From: Octopus sinensis | Taxonomy: Eukaryota | DNA length: 53,846 nt | Assembly: GCF_006345805.1 (NCBI RefSeq) | Contig: NW_021835112.1 | Span: 1 to 53,846, forward strand | Direction: 5' to 3' | In this document: positions 11,431-24,702 of the stretch, piece by piece | How positions within the stretch are numbered: position 1 is the first letter of the stretch | How the letters are laid out: each line of letters starts with the position of its first letter | The notes under the pieces: model-generated | Database searches by the model: none | What the model was told of the DNA's origin: nothing | Seen by the model: only the letters and a program-made list of their open reading frames with translations | Program-made: the position numbers and the translations under genes

Positions 11431-12238
11431 AAAAAAAACATCTCCAAACAAGCAAACACTGACCACCTTTAGTATATCATAGAAAAAGGGAAGAATACAA
11501 ATAACTAAACAAAATAACCGCTATCTTCATATTCTGTATCACCAAAAGTAATTAAAAGGTCATTTTAAGAAAATATCATTTATCAACTCAGACCAAGAAA
11601 CCCAACAACTGGATGGATGTAGTGGCTGTACTTGCTGATCCGACTACTTTGTATTCATTGAGGAGGGGTCTGCTGTGAATAAGATGAAACAAAACAATCA
11701 TACTATCCACCCTGAAATCTGCATACTCAAAAAGCGAAATAAGTCCAACATCAACACATGTACTTTCACCTCCTTATAACTACTATTCCTTCCTCTCTTT
11801 CCATCGCCTTCCACCCCACCCTACCAAATGCACCAGAAATACCTACATAGCCCAATCAATATTTCCATTGGCCAAAATTGATAAATAGCCTTCAGTTAAA
11901 CATTCGTTAATGCCATATCACCAGAAGAAATGCATGCATGAACGTGAACTACTCGATGCCCATAGATACTACAGACTGTACAGTAACCAACCCAGGAATA
12001 TGGACTGTGATCTTAAGAAACATGAAATTTGTGGAAACGCGCGTAGCAATGCATTAAATTATGTATAAATTCCATCCAGAGATTATTGTTATTGCTATAG
12101 TTATCATATATTTATCAGCACAGCTTGATGCAACCCCCAAACATTGGTATCGCTAGTTGGCTTCATTAAGATGTTGGTGGCATAGTAGAATGGGAGTTTT
12201 TATATGGATATTTAAAAAGTTTTCCATAAACGTAAAGG

Positions 12239-12323
<85 letters not shown>

Positions 12324-12619
12324 CAAGTGGTTAAAAATTTCACAGATACATCTGCCCTTGATATTCACTGACTTACTGCGTAAGCCAGTGTGAAAAGGCT
12401 ATAGAAATGACAAAACAATGGAATTTAAAACGATTGCGAAAACGACCCCTTAATTATTCGGTTATATTGAGCTTGCATTCCCTAGCCACACATACGATGC
12501 AGTCCCAAGATAGATGTGACGGATGCTCCGATATTATCATTAATGTTATTAGGGTATATATATATATATACATATAGATAGAGAGATAGATAGATAGATA
12601 CTGATATATATATATATAC

Positions 12620-12659
<40 letters not shown>

Positions 12660-12661
<2 letters not shown>

Positions 12662-13376
12662 TGTCTTGAATGGCACAACAATACAGAATGGACTATAATA
12701 ACTGTTATGATTTAATTAGCCATAGTCTGATATAATATTATTTCGGTATATAAAAATTCCTTCTGCAGATAGCGCTAGGAACTGATCAAGTAACTACTAT
12801 AATCGGTTTTCGAACGGTTACTGAAATCTTTTTTTTCCGAAAGCGTCTCTGCAATGGTCTCACAAAGCTCCTTCCGGAATTCCTTATGGGAAGTGCGTGA
12901 GGTCGGCCTTGTCTCAAGATCATATGCGCTGGCACATCCGCAGCGCTGCTTTTAAGTTATGAATTATACGTGCAGTTTCTTTTTTTCTATAATACGTGAG
13001 CATGTTATCAAACATGAATCTACAATGTACAATTCAGCCCTTTCAGTCGGTTCCAAAACAGGATACGCCAGGAATGAACTTGCACGCATCCAGAGCAAGT
13101 GCAGCAGGACAGAGGACAAGGTGATCCACACCTCACGCTACCTAGTGATATTGAAAACCAACGGGTACCTTATACTGTATATCGTGAAGCCACTGCGGAG
13201 GTGCTCCCGAACAAAAAAAAATTCAGTAACCGTTGAAAAACCGATTTTAGCAGTGACTCGATCAATTTTTATATTCCGAAATATTACTATATCAAACTAT
13301 GGAAAATTAAATTATAACAGTTATTATAGTTCACTCTGCATTGTTGTGCCATTCAAGACACGTTATATTTTACAAG
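12660..13376. mobile_element. Foldback element with long inverted arms (~180 bp well conserved, ~250 bp in total); each arm carries a damaged hammerhead
   Basis: CGTGTCTTGAATGGCACAACAAT...CGGTTACTGAA (12660-12840) matches the reverse complement of 13205-13362. HHR relics at 12729-12773 (-, CTGCAGA) and 13264-13293 (+, core deleted). Confidence 0.85.
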
Positions 13377-13439
13377 TGATGCACAATGCTTCGAGCGAAC
13401 TACAATACTCTTCTATATATATATAGAGAGAGAGAGACC

Positions 13440-14169
13440 AAAGTGTACGTACGCCGCTTAAAAGTTTTTATATATAGAAATTACAAAATGGAACAAGAAT
13501 ACAAAACATCCAGACAGTTAGGTGATACAAAAAAGGGACAACAAAACAACCAGATAGACGCTACAAGGAAAACAGGGACGAGTCATTCGGAGTTTTCTTT
13601 CCAGATTAACCTCTCAGTTTCGGCTGGTTATACTCGAGATTGCTCCAATCTGGCCAGACCCAAGGAAAAACTAAGCTAAGAGCTTTAGATTCCTTGGAAA
13701 AAAGCAGTGAATGTATACGAAAACAGGGACAGAAAAACGGAGAATGTTACACAGATACACATAACAGGACATAACAACAGGTGTCTTTCGACCAAGGACA
13801 ATATAGATGTTGCACGGACGGCAGTCGAACCAAGAAAGAAAGGTCAGACTTTGCCGAACACCGGTCGCATGGGGAGAGAAGAGAGAGAGGTACAGGAAGA
13901 AGGATAGAAGAAATAAGGAGGGGCGAGAAAACATGACAGGGACACAGTGAAGTGAAAAGATGGGGAAAACTGAGCATGAAGAGAAGGCAAGGAAATGCGA
14001 GATAGGGGAACGAAAGAACGAAGAGTGGAATGAATGAAGTAAGTGTGAAAAGGCTGATAGAAAGAAGGAAAGAATAAAAGATTAGTAAGAATAGAGTCGT
14101 ACAAGATTTAGATAAATATATACTTACATATAAGAGACGAAAGCGTACGTACGCCGCTATAAATTTTTT
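13440..14169. mobile_element. Uncharacterised interspersed repeat bounded by ~30-bp direct repeats (pLTR-like)
   Basis: AAAG(T/C)GTACGTACGCCGCT at 13440 and 14140, 700 bp apart. Segment 13490-13600 recurs inverted at 15470-15520 and 24345-24455. Confidence 0.6.
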
Positions 14170-14445
14170 TGTGCATGTGTGTGTGTGTATGTTGTGTGTG
14201 TGTATTATATATATATATAATAGTTTTTATAATTATGAGTATAATTATAATTAGGGTTCAGCCAAAAAATTTGCTTCACTGAAATAACAGCCAAAAAACT
14301 AGCTATTTCTCTGCCATAAGAAAATCTCCCAGACACATATACTCAAAAACAATCCACGTAGGCAAAGAGAAAAAACAACGAATTCACCTGGCATATATAT
14401 ATATATATAATATATATATATATATTATATATATATAATATATAT

Positions 14446-14480
<35 letters not shown>

Positions 14481-14537
14481 GGAAGTAAAGATAATATATA
14501 ATATATACACTTTATTAAAAGCAGCAAAAATATCACA

Positions 14538-14583
14538 AAAACTGTTACTCAAAGTTTCACGTTCCTCTTCGTTGGACAGTTTT
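14538..14583 (-). ncRNA. Hammerhead relic (core mutated)
   Basis: AAAACTGT-CCAACGA-AGAGGAACGT-GAAA-CTTTGAG-T-A-ACAGTTTT. Perfect 8-bp stem I and GUA triplet, but CTGACGA has become CCAACGA and stem II is broken. Confidence 0.65.
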
Positions 14584-14782
14584 GTTTAGAATGAGCAGAT
14601 AAAGTTATAAGCAGAAATACAACTACTTTGGAAGATACACATTTGAAAATGGTTTTCTTTCATTCGACCTTTCAACTAACGGTCTTTTCAATAACCGGTT
14701 GCATGAAATAACAAATTACGGTTTAAAATCATCTTATTATAAAAATCGTAGAATACCTTCAAACAAAAATATCTATAATAGA

Positions 14783-14872
14783 AGACACTTGCTCAAGATG
14801 TCATGTAGTGGGACTGAACCCGGAATTATGTGGATGGGAAGCAAGTTTTTTACTACACAGCAATGCCTGTGC
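14783..14872 (-). mobile_element. tRNA-SINE family A, 5' head fragment
   Basis: GACACTTGCTCAAGATGTCATGTAGTGGGACTGAACCCGG..ACTACACAGC matches the heads at 26955-27062, 42915-43000 and 45105-45150. Confidence 0.75.
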
Positions 14873-15884
14873 CTACACACACGCACACACACGCACACAC
14901 ACACACACAACACACACATTCATACATGTTTGTATGCACATATAAAAAGAAGAATCGGGAGAAAGATGATGAAAGCAACAACAATGACACTTGCGAAAGA
15001 CGACGAAGACGACGAGAGAATTTTTGAATCTTACATTTGGGGGCTGTGTAATAACAAAAAGAAACTGACCAACCCCTTACATCTTGATCGGCCCTACAAT
15101 AAGCGGGCACAACAATTCAACGATTAAAGATCAAACTGTCAAAGAATTTCTTTTGTCCTACTGAGTAGAATAAGTTACGCTTACTCCGAAATAGATAAGT
15201 TATAAGACCAACAATTTTAAGGCTATCGTGACGTATTATGTGTACCCATCCAACGTATGACTTGACTGAGTTCTTATTTATTGATCAATTTTCCATACAC
15301 ATATGTCAGGACCTGTTCGACACATTTGATTACACTCTTCTGTCTGACTGAACCCTAAACAGTAAACAAATTTTGTCTATCAAACGAAAATAAATCTCCT
15401 CACCATATTTCCTATCAACCCATATCCTGCAAGCAGATGCTTTATATCCATCTTCTTTTATTTCGATTGAGGAAAGAAAACTCCGAATGACTCGTCCCTG
15501 TTTTCCTTGTAGCGTCTATTCCTAACCTACTATGTCCCCAATTTACCTACATCACACCTAATCCTCACTCACATAGTTCCACTGGCAACTCTCCTAAAAA
15601 GAATAACTAGCCAAAAATTATATGAAGTGAAAAATCAAATGAAGTACAGTTCATTCCGTTGAAGGTGAGCAATTCGCAGAAACTACGAAGTCACTGTCAA
15701 TCGTTTCCTTGTAACATTAATAAAAATACAGCCTTCTAAAAATGATGGTGTAGTCCTTCAGTTCAATGTTAAATTCTTTTCGTATAAAAACATTAATACA
15801 TACACATCCACGCGCACACAGACACGTATACAGACACACGTACTCAGACTACACATTGTAGAGACAGACAACACACACATAAAA

Positions 15885-15932
<48 letters not shown>

Positions 15933-16037
15933 CGTACGTATATATCTATCTATAGCTATATATGTACATATTCATATATATGTATATCTGCATACGTGCG
16001 TAGACATACACGCGCACATGCACACACACTCACATAT

Positions 16038-16069
<32 letters not shown>

Positions 16070-16470
16070 ATATATATATATAATATATAATATATATATA
16101 GCTATACATCTACTTATATATATTTAATATATATATATATATCTAATATATATATATATATATATGTATATATATGTATATATAGTATATATATGTATAT
16201 ATATATATACATACATATATATATATATATATACATACATATATATATATACATACATACATCCGTATGTATACTCACACGCACACCGCACATACATACA
16301 CGCTCATATATACGTAAAGATATACATATATATAGCTATATATATATGCAGATATATATATATATACACATACAAACATACATACATACATATGTACACA
16401 CACGCATACACACATGCACGCGCACACACACACACATACGCACACACATACGCACACACACACACACATA
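15885..16470. repeat. (TG)/(TA)/(CA)/(CATA) compound microsatellite
   Basis: Directly visible. Confidence 0.95.
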
Positions 16471-16849
16471 TGCTGTATTAGCTTTTCTATAATTATGTGT
16501 GACACTAAGAAGAATCATTTCCGAGAAGTAAAAGCAAAAAAAACAAACAAATGACTTTCCTTCCTTCTTGCCTTCCTTTTCTCCTTCCATCATTCATTTA
16601 TTCGTTCATTCATTTCGATGCTTTATTTTGCCTTTTCTCGTATATTTATTTATGTATTTATTTATTTACTTTCTATAACGTCTCTGTTCCGCCAACTAAT
16701 TGGAGGACGTCTTATCGTATAGTTCTGGCTGCTACTGATGATAAGTAAATATTATATTCTAGCTACTCGTATAATTAAAGAAACGAAATGTAACACCTGC
16801 ACATTGAACATCGGAACCAAAAAGAAGAATAAACAATAATAAAAAATAA

Positions 16850-16910
16850 CAATAATCGTAGTAGTAGTAGTAGTAGTAATAGTAGCAGCAATAGTAGTAG
16901 TAGTAGTAAG

Positions 16911-16945
<35 letters not shown>

Positions 16946-16963
16946 TAATAATAATAATAATAG

Positions 16964-17014
<51 letters not shown>

Positions 17015-17085
17015 AATAATACAATAATAATAGTAATAATGATAATAATATAATAATAATAATAATAATAATAATGATAATAATA

Positions 17086-17128
<43 letters not shown>

Positions 17129-17648
17129 TAATATAATAATAATAATAATAATAATAATGGAAAAATAAGGATAAGGAAAAGAGTAATAATGACAGCAATA
17201 CTAATAATAATGGTGTTAATAATGAAACCAAAAATGAGAACGGTAATAAAAACAAAGAGCACCTATAACAATAGACAATAATATACATAATAAATCTATA
17301 ACAATAGCACCAATAATAACAGCAACAATAATCATAGTAATGTTAATGGTGGTGGTGTTGGTGGTGGTGAGGATGTTGATGATGATGATGATAACGGTGA
17401 TGTTGTTGCTGTTGCTGCTGATGACGATGGCGGTGATGATGAATATATAATTAGGATTAAGACTAGCTTTAGCATTATCATCACCATGGCTATAATAATG
17501 ATCATGAGGTGGTGATGATGATGATTATCGTCTTTATCATGACTGTGATGATGCTAATGAGGATTATTATTATTATTATATGACAGTGACTGTGATAGTG
17601 ATGATGAATATGATGATGATGACGACGACGGCGAGAAGAAGAAACGAC

Positions 17649-17697
<49 letters not shown>

Positions 17698-17780
17698 TGG
17701 GAAAAGGTGATGCTGACGATTATGATAGTACTGGAAATTGTTATGGCAGTGACGGTGATGGTAACGATAATAGCTGAAAC
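16850..17780. repeat. Trinucleotide block: (TAG)n, (AAT)n, (GAT)n
   Basis: Directly visible; source of the poly-I/Y/D ORFs. Confidence 0.95.
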
Positions 17781-18344
17781 AATATAAGCGAACTGTCTAC
17801 CCTACATTCCACGCTCTATGTGTCTGGTGTCAACGAAGAGAAAAAGTTAAGAGTGAAGCGGCACAGAATATTTATCATTTATTTTGTTTTATTTTACGTT
17901 TTGTGTTTTTGTTATATCTCCCCCCGGCCTTCCTCCACATACCACACACGTACTGTATGATAGGCAGGATAATTAATAAGTGCAGATGACGATACCAATA
18001 TCTCATACTCAAAGATAAACTTTAAAACTAATAAAAAATTTGAATGAAAACTAACAATAAAAAATCATGCGAGATAAATATAAAGAATATTAAAGATGAT
18101 AATAACAACTACAGTATCAACAAAAATTATTATTAATAAAACCGATGATGGTGATGTTGATGATGATGATGATGACGACGACGACGACGATGATGAAGAC
18201 AACAGCGATGACGCTGGCGACGGAAAACGAATATGACATGACGAAAACTGGATGCTGGATTTTATGTTGAAACTTACGTGTGAGGTCTGTGTAAAAACAC
18301 TTTCGGAAAATGTAAGCGCAAAAGTCACGAAGCAAAAGTAAGCG

Positions 18345-18745
18345 ACCTTTGGGCCTTACATAATGGTTTCCTTCTTTGGTCAGGAACACAGGTAGCTTTC
18401 CTCTGTCTTGTGGCTATGGCGCGGTTGAAAGGACTGAAAGAAAATATTTTCTTCTTCGGCCAAGCCCTCATAGACATTTTCGAGTTCCACTTGAAAAGGA
18501 AAGTGAAGAAGTTAGGGAGAAGTGCTACCCACGCCAGTTTGTTGAAAAGTGGGTGACTGTGGCGAGGATGGCCTGTATGGGTGAGCCTACTCTGAACATG
18601 CACTTATAGACCGAAGCGAATGAAGAGGAGACGGGTGACTGCCTGAAGTGCCCTTGGCGATGAGATGTCCAGGATATCTGGGATTCTTTGGTTACCACTG
18701 GGTGGTGCTCCCCCGTAAGATAATATTTATTGTTTAATATTTTAT
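18345..18745 (+). mobile_element. Probable Tx1/L1-type LINE 3' end
   Basis: Frameshifted AFLCLVAMARLKGLKENIFFFGQALIDIFEFHLKRKV / FVEKWVTVARMACM.EPTLNMHL*, then a short GC-richer tail and AT-rich end. Clade assigned from recalled similarity only. Confidence 0.45.
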
Positions 18746-18792
18746 TGCTAATTGTTATTGTGTATGGCCCGCGTGGCCAATAAAAAAAGAGT

Positions 18793-18910
<118 letters not shown>

Positions 18911-18914
18911 CTTC

Positions 18915-20130
18915 GTAACGCAGTGTGGATAAAATGCACCGCTCCAGAACTCCTTGACTTGATTTGCATCATGAGTAACATTTTCCCCCGTTGTTCACCT
19001 TCTAACGTTCGGAAGAATTGCTTCGGGTTATTTTTGAACAATCTGCTTATTCTTCTGATCTTCTGGCGTTTTGCCATGATCCTCTGTTTTAATTGAACTA
19101 TTGCTGAATCAAACTCGTTCTTCCTTATTTTATATTTATTCCCTAATTTTTATCGGTCGGTTTTTTTCCCCATTTTCCAGTTTCCTCTTAACCATTGCTC
19201 AGTTTTTCCTAGATCTTGCCTTGCCCGCATTAGATCCCTTTTAATGCGTCTTTTCCACCATGATTCTTTTGCTCCACCATTTTTCGTTCTCTTAAGTTGT
19301 AATTTCTCAACAAGTAGCGCAATAGCCTGGAGAAGATTCCTTGTTTGCTTTCTGCTTCTTTCGTCTGGATGTATGGTTTGACAGTATTTATCTTTTGTGT
19401 TATTTTATTCATCATACTCCTATCTACCCTTCTCATATTCATGGGGATTTTTTCTTCTGGAGCATTCATCAAGCCGGTGAGTCGTTTTTGAATTTCAAGC
19501 AATTCATTATCTAGTTGGTTCATTTCCCCTGCATGTCCACCTCACCACAGTATCAGGGTTCACTGTATAACGTTCCTGCTCCTCATCCTTAACAGCCCCA
19601 CCATTCCCCTCTTCCTCCCTTCCTCCTGTCTACTCTTCTCCCTGCTTCAACTCCTACTCCCCTCTTTTTCATCTCTCCGACCATCCTTTGTAGCCCATCC
19701 GCAGGATCTCTCAGACTTTCACTAATCCGAGATATTTCTATTCCAGTTAAGTAACCCTTCCTCCTAATCTCACTTGGTTCATTAGTTTATTTTCTGACAT
19801 TAGACACATGTCCTTTTCCATCCAAAATTTCAAGGTACGTCGGTTTACTCCGAGACTTCTTTCTAGCTTTCCTCTTTTATGACATTCAATAAGTGTATCG
19901 TACTCTTCCTTCGTCCACTTATGTCTGTCTTTGCGCACACCGTGTATATGATCTGTTGTGACATAACAACCGTCCGAGGCCAGATCACTGTTCCCTTTGC
20001 GGGCGGTTTCGTACGTGTCGGGCGGGAAACCTCCATGATAGGCCATAGCTTTATTCTCGCCGTTAATTCTTTCCTTGTGTTGCATCATGATTTCCTGAGT
20101 TATTCGTGGGGTTTTCACGAGAGTTGTTAT
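18915..20130 (-). mobile_element. R4/Dong-clade non-LTR element, N-terminal fragment
   Basis: RHKWTKEEYDTLIEC..WMEKDM..MSENKLMNQVR; PWWKRRIKRDL; LKQRIMAKRQKIRR..LFKNNPKQFFRTL. Parallels the 5' part of 22030-23745. Confidence 0.75.
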
Positions 20131-20719
20131 TGAGATTTCATCTCTCTTTTCTTATCTTTATTTGTATACACACGCGCACGTGTATGTACATACACATATA
20201 TATATAAATAACGCACTTGTATTGTCTCGCCTCCATAAACAGAGTGATTATCATTACCCACCATCGTTCTACCTATAGCATTTGAAATTATGAATAATAA
20301 TATGGGTCGCAATATATTGCTGCAGATCTTCGTCACTATTTATCAAATACTCGGCAATGGTAAGGAGATCAGCAGTGGGGATTCCTGTGCGATAAGGAGA
20401 CAAAATAGTCTCTCACCCTTGGAGTCAGCAGAGATCAAATGTGCTTACTACTACTAGCGATTACTGAGAGCGTTGACCTTGGTCTTGAAAAGAACCACTT
20501 CACTTTGTTCTATTTTTAATTACTGACAGAAAAAAAAAACAATATATATATATAGATATATACTGATGCTCACATAGTTGAATTTTTGAATTTCTGATTA
20601 AAAAAAAAATTTATTTTCTGTTTTTAAGTTTTACTGTGGTTTACAGTTTTTGTTATTGTGCAGTTTGTATGTACTGGCAGGTGCTTACCTCCTTAATCAT
20701 TATTATTATTAGTAATTTA

Positions 20720-20809
<90 letters not shown>

Positions 20810-20811
<2 letters not shown>

Positions 20812-21010
20812 TAGTATATTTTTTACATCGTGCTTTCACTTCACTACCGAGCACAGCTCTGTGTGCCTTGGGTATGTGTTGTGATTTGTTGTGATGCTCT
20901 GATGGTTATTGTATGGAAATTGTTCTGCGTAGGATGTGTGCATGCCTAGTAGTGCAATTTTTTGTATGTTATATGTTTTGTAAGTACTGGTGTTTTTGTT
21001 ATGTATTTGT
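20810..21010 (-). mobile_element. R4/Dong 3' end fragment ending in (TAA)n
   Basis: SDKYITKTP../IQKIALLG.HILRRTISIQ* across small frameshifts; short 3' UTR runs straight into the (AAT)n tract at 20700-20810. Confidence 0.7.
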
Positions 21011-21019
21011 CTGAATATT

Positions 21020-21234
21020 TTATTATTATTATTATTATATTATTTTATTATTATTATTATTATTTTATTAAGAAGACGAAGAGAAGAAGAAGAAATCATC
21101 ATCATCGTCATAATCATCATATCATCATCATCATTATCATCATCATCGTCATCGTCGTCGTCATTATTATTGTTGCTGCTGTTGCTGTTGTTGTTGCTGC
21201 TGTTGTTGTTATATAGTTGGTGTTGCTGTTGTGA

Positions 21235-21307
<73 letters not shown>

Positions 21308-21335
21308 TGTTGTTGTTGTTGTTGTTAGTATTATT
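21020..21335. repeat. (ATT)/(AAG)/(ATC)/(GTT)/(GCT) compound microsatellite
   Basis: Directly visible. Confidence 0.95.
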
Positions 21336-21967
21336 AAGGCGGGGTGCTGGCAGAGACGTTAGCACGCCGGGCGAAATGCTTAGCGATATTTCGTTTGCCG
21401 TTAAGTTGTGAGTTCAAATTCCGCAGAGGTCGACTTTGCCTCTCATCCTTGCGGGGTCGATAAATTAAGTACCAGTCGCGCACTGGGATCGATGTAATCG
21501 ACTTAATACCTATGTATGTTCTTGTTTGTCCCCTCTATGTTTAGCCCCTTGTGGGTAATAAAGAAATAGGTATTTCGCTTGTCTTTGCGTTCTGAATTCA
21601 AATTCCGCCGAGGTCGGTTTTTGCCTTTCATCTTTTTGCGAGTTGATAAATTAAGTACCAGTGAAACACTGGGGTCGATGTAATTGATTTGTCCTCTTCC
21701 GCCAAATGCCAGGCCTTGTGCTTTTAGTAGAAATGATTATTATTATTATTATATAAGGCGGCGAGCTGGCAGAGTCATTTCATCACCGGAGAAAATGCTT
21801 AGTGGCATTTCTTCAGACTTTACGTTCTGAGTTTAAATTCCGGTGCGGTCGACTTTGCCTATCATCCCTTTGGGGTTGATAAAATAAGTACCAGTTAAAT
21901 ACTGGAGTTGATGTAATCGACCATCCTCCTCCCCAAAATTTCAGACCTTGTGCCTATAGTAGAAAGG

Positions 21968-21968
<1 letters not shown>
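21336..21968 (+). mobile_element. Two adjacent copies of tRNA-like SINE family B (21336-21737, 21755-21968)
   Basis: AGGCGG.G.GCTGGCAGA..GTTAGCACGCCGGGCGAAATGCTTAG..GAGTTCAAATTCCG..GTCGACTTTGCC..GATAAATTAAGTACCAG repeated; B-box-like GAGTTCAAATTCC. Confidence 0.8.
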
Positions 21969-22027
<59 letters not shown>

Positions 22028-22029
22028 TA

Positions 22030-23745
22030 TGGGTTTTTCTTCTTTCAAATTTGCTTCCATTTCTTGCCGAGTGTCTTCCCGACTCCTAGGGCAAAGAAAC
22101 TCATAGTATACACTGGTAGGCCATTAAACTAAACTCGCTAGTTCGTTAATTTTTTTTTTTTTTTTGATAGAAATAAAGTTAAATTAAAATACAATGGGTA
22201 GTAATAGTTTCTCGCACATCGACAATGCTCTTCTCAATACGTGTGATGTACCAGTTAAGACAATCTTTTGCACTTCTTGCTGGATGGTAAGCCAGGGATC
22301 ATTCTCATATAATTTTCGGTTCCCTTCTTGATCATTCCTATTGCTCCTACGATCACTGGTATTGTACCGCCTTGAGATGCCACATTTTCTCAATTTCATG
22401 AGCAGGTCTTTATTTTCTGAGCTTGTCAATTCTTTCGCCGAGATATTATGATCACAGGGGATCTCATGTCGATCAATAAGCAAACTTTATTGTTTTGGTC
22501 TTTCACAACAATATCCGGTTTATTGGCTTTGATAGTTCCGGTCTGTATGTACTGGAAAGTCACACTGAATCGTTACATTTTCTCCTTCAGTTACAGCTTC
22601 AGGGTGGTGATTATACCACTTGTCGGCAGTTTTGATATTGTAATGCCGACTTATTAGCCAGTGTAGATATTGGCCAACTCTGTCATGTCTTAATTTATAC
22701 TCCACTGATGCTAAGACTTTACATCCAGAGATTAGTGTGTCCACTGTTTCAATCATGTCGTTGCAGATCGGCATTTTGGGTCTGCTCCATTTTTCATCAC
22801 ATTGGCCTGGTAGTTCCGGGTTAATAGGCTTTGATCTTGAGCAACCAGGATGAAACCTTCGCTCTCTGCTTTTAGCCCTGAGCTCCGTAGCCACTGATGG
22901 GTTTGCTTCTGGTCAACATCAGCTTGCTTGCTACGGGCCACATATTTGCCGTGCAGAGGTTTCTCCTCCCACCTATCAGCCAGGATAGATGTTAGGATTT
23001 TATACGTGGTGGATAAACAGGTTATAGGCCGATAGTTTTTTGGAAGTTTGGTTTCGTTATTCTTTGGGAGTAGGTAAGTAATACCACTTGCTAACCATTC
23101 AGGTGTTTTCTTTGGGTCTCTCATAATTCCATTGAGCAGCTGAACTAGCTTACCGTGTTCGCATAGGAGCGATAAGAGCCAGAAATTCGGCACCCTATCT
23201 TTACCGGGGGATTTCCAGTTATGGGCCTCCGTGAGTGCCTTTCTTAGGTCTGCTATTGTGATGTCTTCCCATGCTTGTTGTTGTAAATTTTGGTAGGATC
23301 CTTCTGTTTGTATAATCCAGTCTGCATTTATGTTGTACGTCCTTCTCGTCACTCCAAATCCTTTTCCAAAAGTTTTGAACTTCTTCCATGGAAGGGGGGT
23401 CTTTAACGGTTACTTTCTCCTTCCCTATTTCTCTGTAGAATTTTTTGGCATTGGATGAAACAGCTTATTTTGCTTGTAAAACTTGTTTTATTTCTCAAAT
23501 CTTCGTATTCTTTGAGCTTTTGCTTGGACTTTTTGTTTCAGCGTTTCTTTTATTGATATCAGTTCTTCTCTTGGTGAGGATCCAAATTTTGTCTTCATCT
23601 TTCTTCCTGTTCTGGATCTTACATCATTTCCACATATTATTTCATTTAATATTGATATTTCCCCTCTCATAAATTCAATCTCTTTTTCAATTTTACTTCT
23701 CCAGGTTTGATTTCTTCCCAGGTTTGGTTTTCTTTGTTTTTTGTT
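22030..23745 (-). mobile_element. R4/Dong-clade element, internally deleted (RT core missing), retaining CCHC finger, REL endonuclease and 3' UTR
   Basis: WKSPGKDRVPNFW; YRPITCLSTTYKILTSIL joined in frame to WEEKPLHGKY; AQDQSLLTRNY; C..C....ETVDTLISGC; KPDIVVKD...LIDM (REL); IVLTGTSHVLRRAL. (ATT)n on both sides. Confidence 0.9.
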
Positions 23746-23766
23746 TTTTTTTATTTTGTTTTATTA

Positions 23767-23823
<57 letters not shown>

Positions 23824-23824
23824 G

Positions 23825-24310
23825 AGTGAGAAAGCAGTGCAAGCCATCAAAGTGACACTGGGATACAATATACGAAGCCCAGTATACTCATCATGACTAC
23901 CCGTCTGATAAGGGTACACTAGGCACATGAATCACAACCATATGTGTGCGACATGGTGATCTCATATCAAGCTAAACAGCACATGACCTAGCAGGTGGGG
24001 CCCAGTTAGAATTTTCTTCTGGTCGAGTAGCCCATCCTGCTGAAAAGGTTCCTGAGTAAGGATTATTTAAGGATGTTGAATTAGGATTGTTTAAGGATGT
24101 GAATTATCCAAGCCTCTAAGAATTCCTTTCATCACACGGCTATGATGCTCCCCCACTACTTGTGCTCGTGACCAGAGATGCACATATCGTCAGCCGCTAA
24201 GGGACATGGTCAACTGGTTAAGGTCAAACAACTGACAAGCAAATCTGTGGTACTGAGCAGAATATTTCCTGTAGCCCATCTTTTATACCAAGACAAAACA
24301 ATGTACAATG
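23825..24310. mobile_element. Uncharacterised ~490-bp interspersed repeat
   Basis: GC-richer, microsatellite-free block directly after (ATT)n. Resembles an abundant octopus repeat from recall; no coding motif found. Confidence 0.35.
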
Positions 24311-24454
24311 CGAGGATAATCTGGTGCTTGACTGAGGATAGAGGGCTTCGAATGACCCGTCCTTGTTTTTTGTATCGTCTGTCTGAATGTTTTGTTGTTC
24401 CTTTTTGTATCACCTAGCTGACCGGATGTTTTGCGCTCTTGTCCCGTTTTGTAC

Positions 24455-24497
24455 TATATTATATATATACATATATATATACATATATATATATTAT

Positions 24498-24530
<33 letters not shown>

Positions 24531-24563
24531 TACATATATATATACATATATATATACATATAT

Positions 24564-24608
<45 letters not shown>

Positions 24609-24659
24609 CATATATATATAATATATATTATATATATATTATATATATATATATATATA

Positions 24660-24699
<40 letters not shown>
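24455..24699. repeat. (TA)n/(GA)n microsatellite
   Basis: Directly visible. Confidence 0.95.

Positions 24700-24702
<3 letters not shown>

Noticed and set aside
8971-12450. hAT TIR pair at 8971 and ~12435-12450
   Set aside because: Only an 11/13 internal match, ends do not align, and no 8-bp TSD is visible.
16673-16722. Hammerhead-like hairpin on the minus strand
   Set aside because: Both core halves deviate (CGATAAGA, GAGA) and the register is ambiguous.
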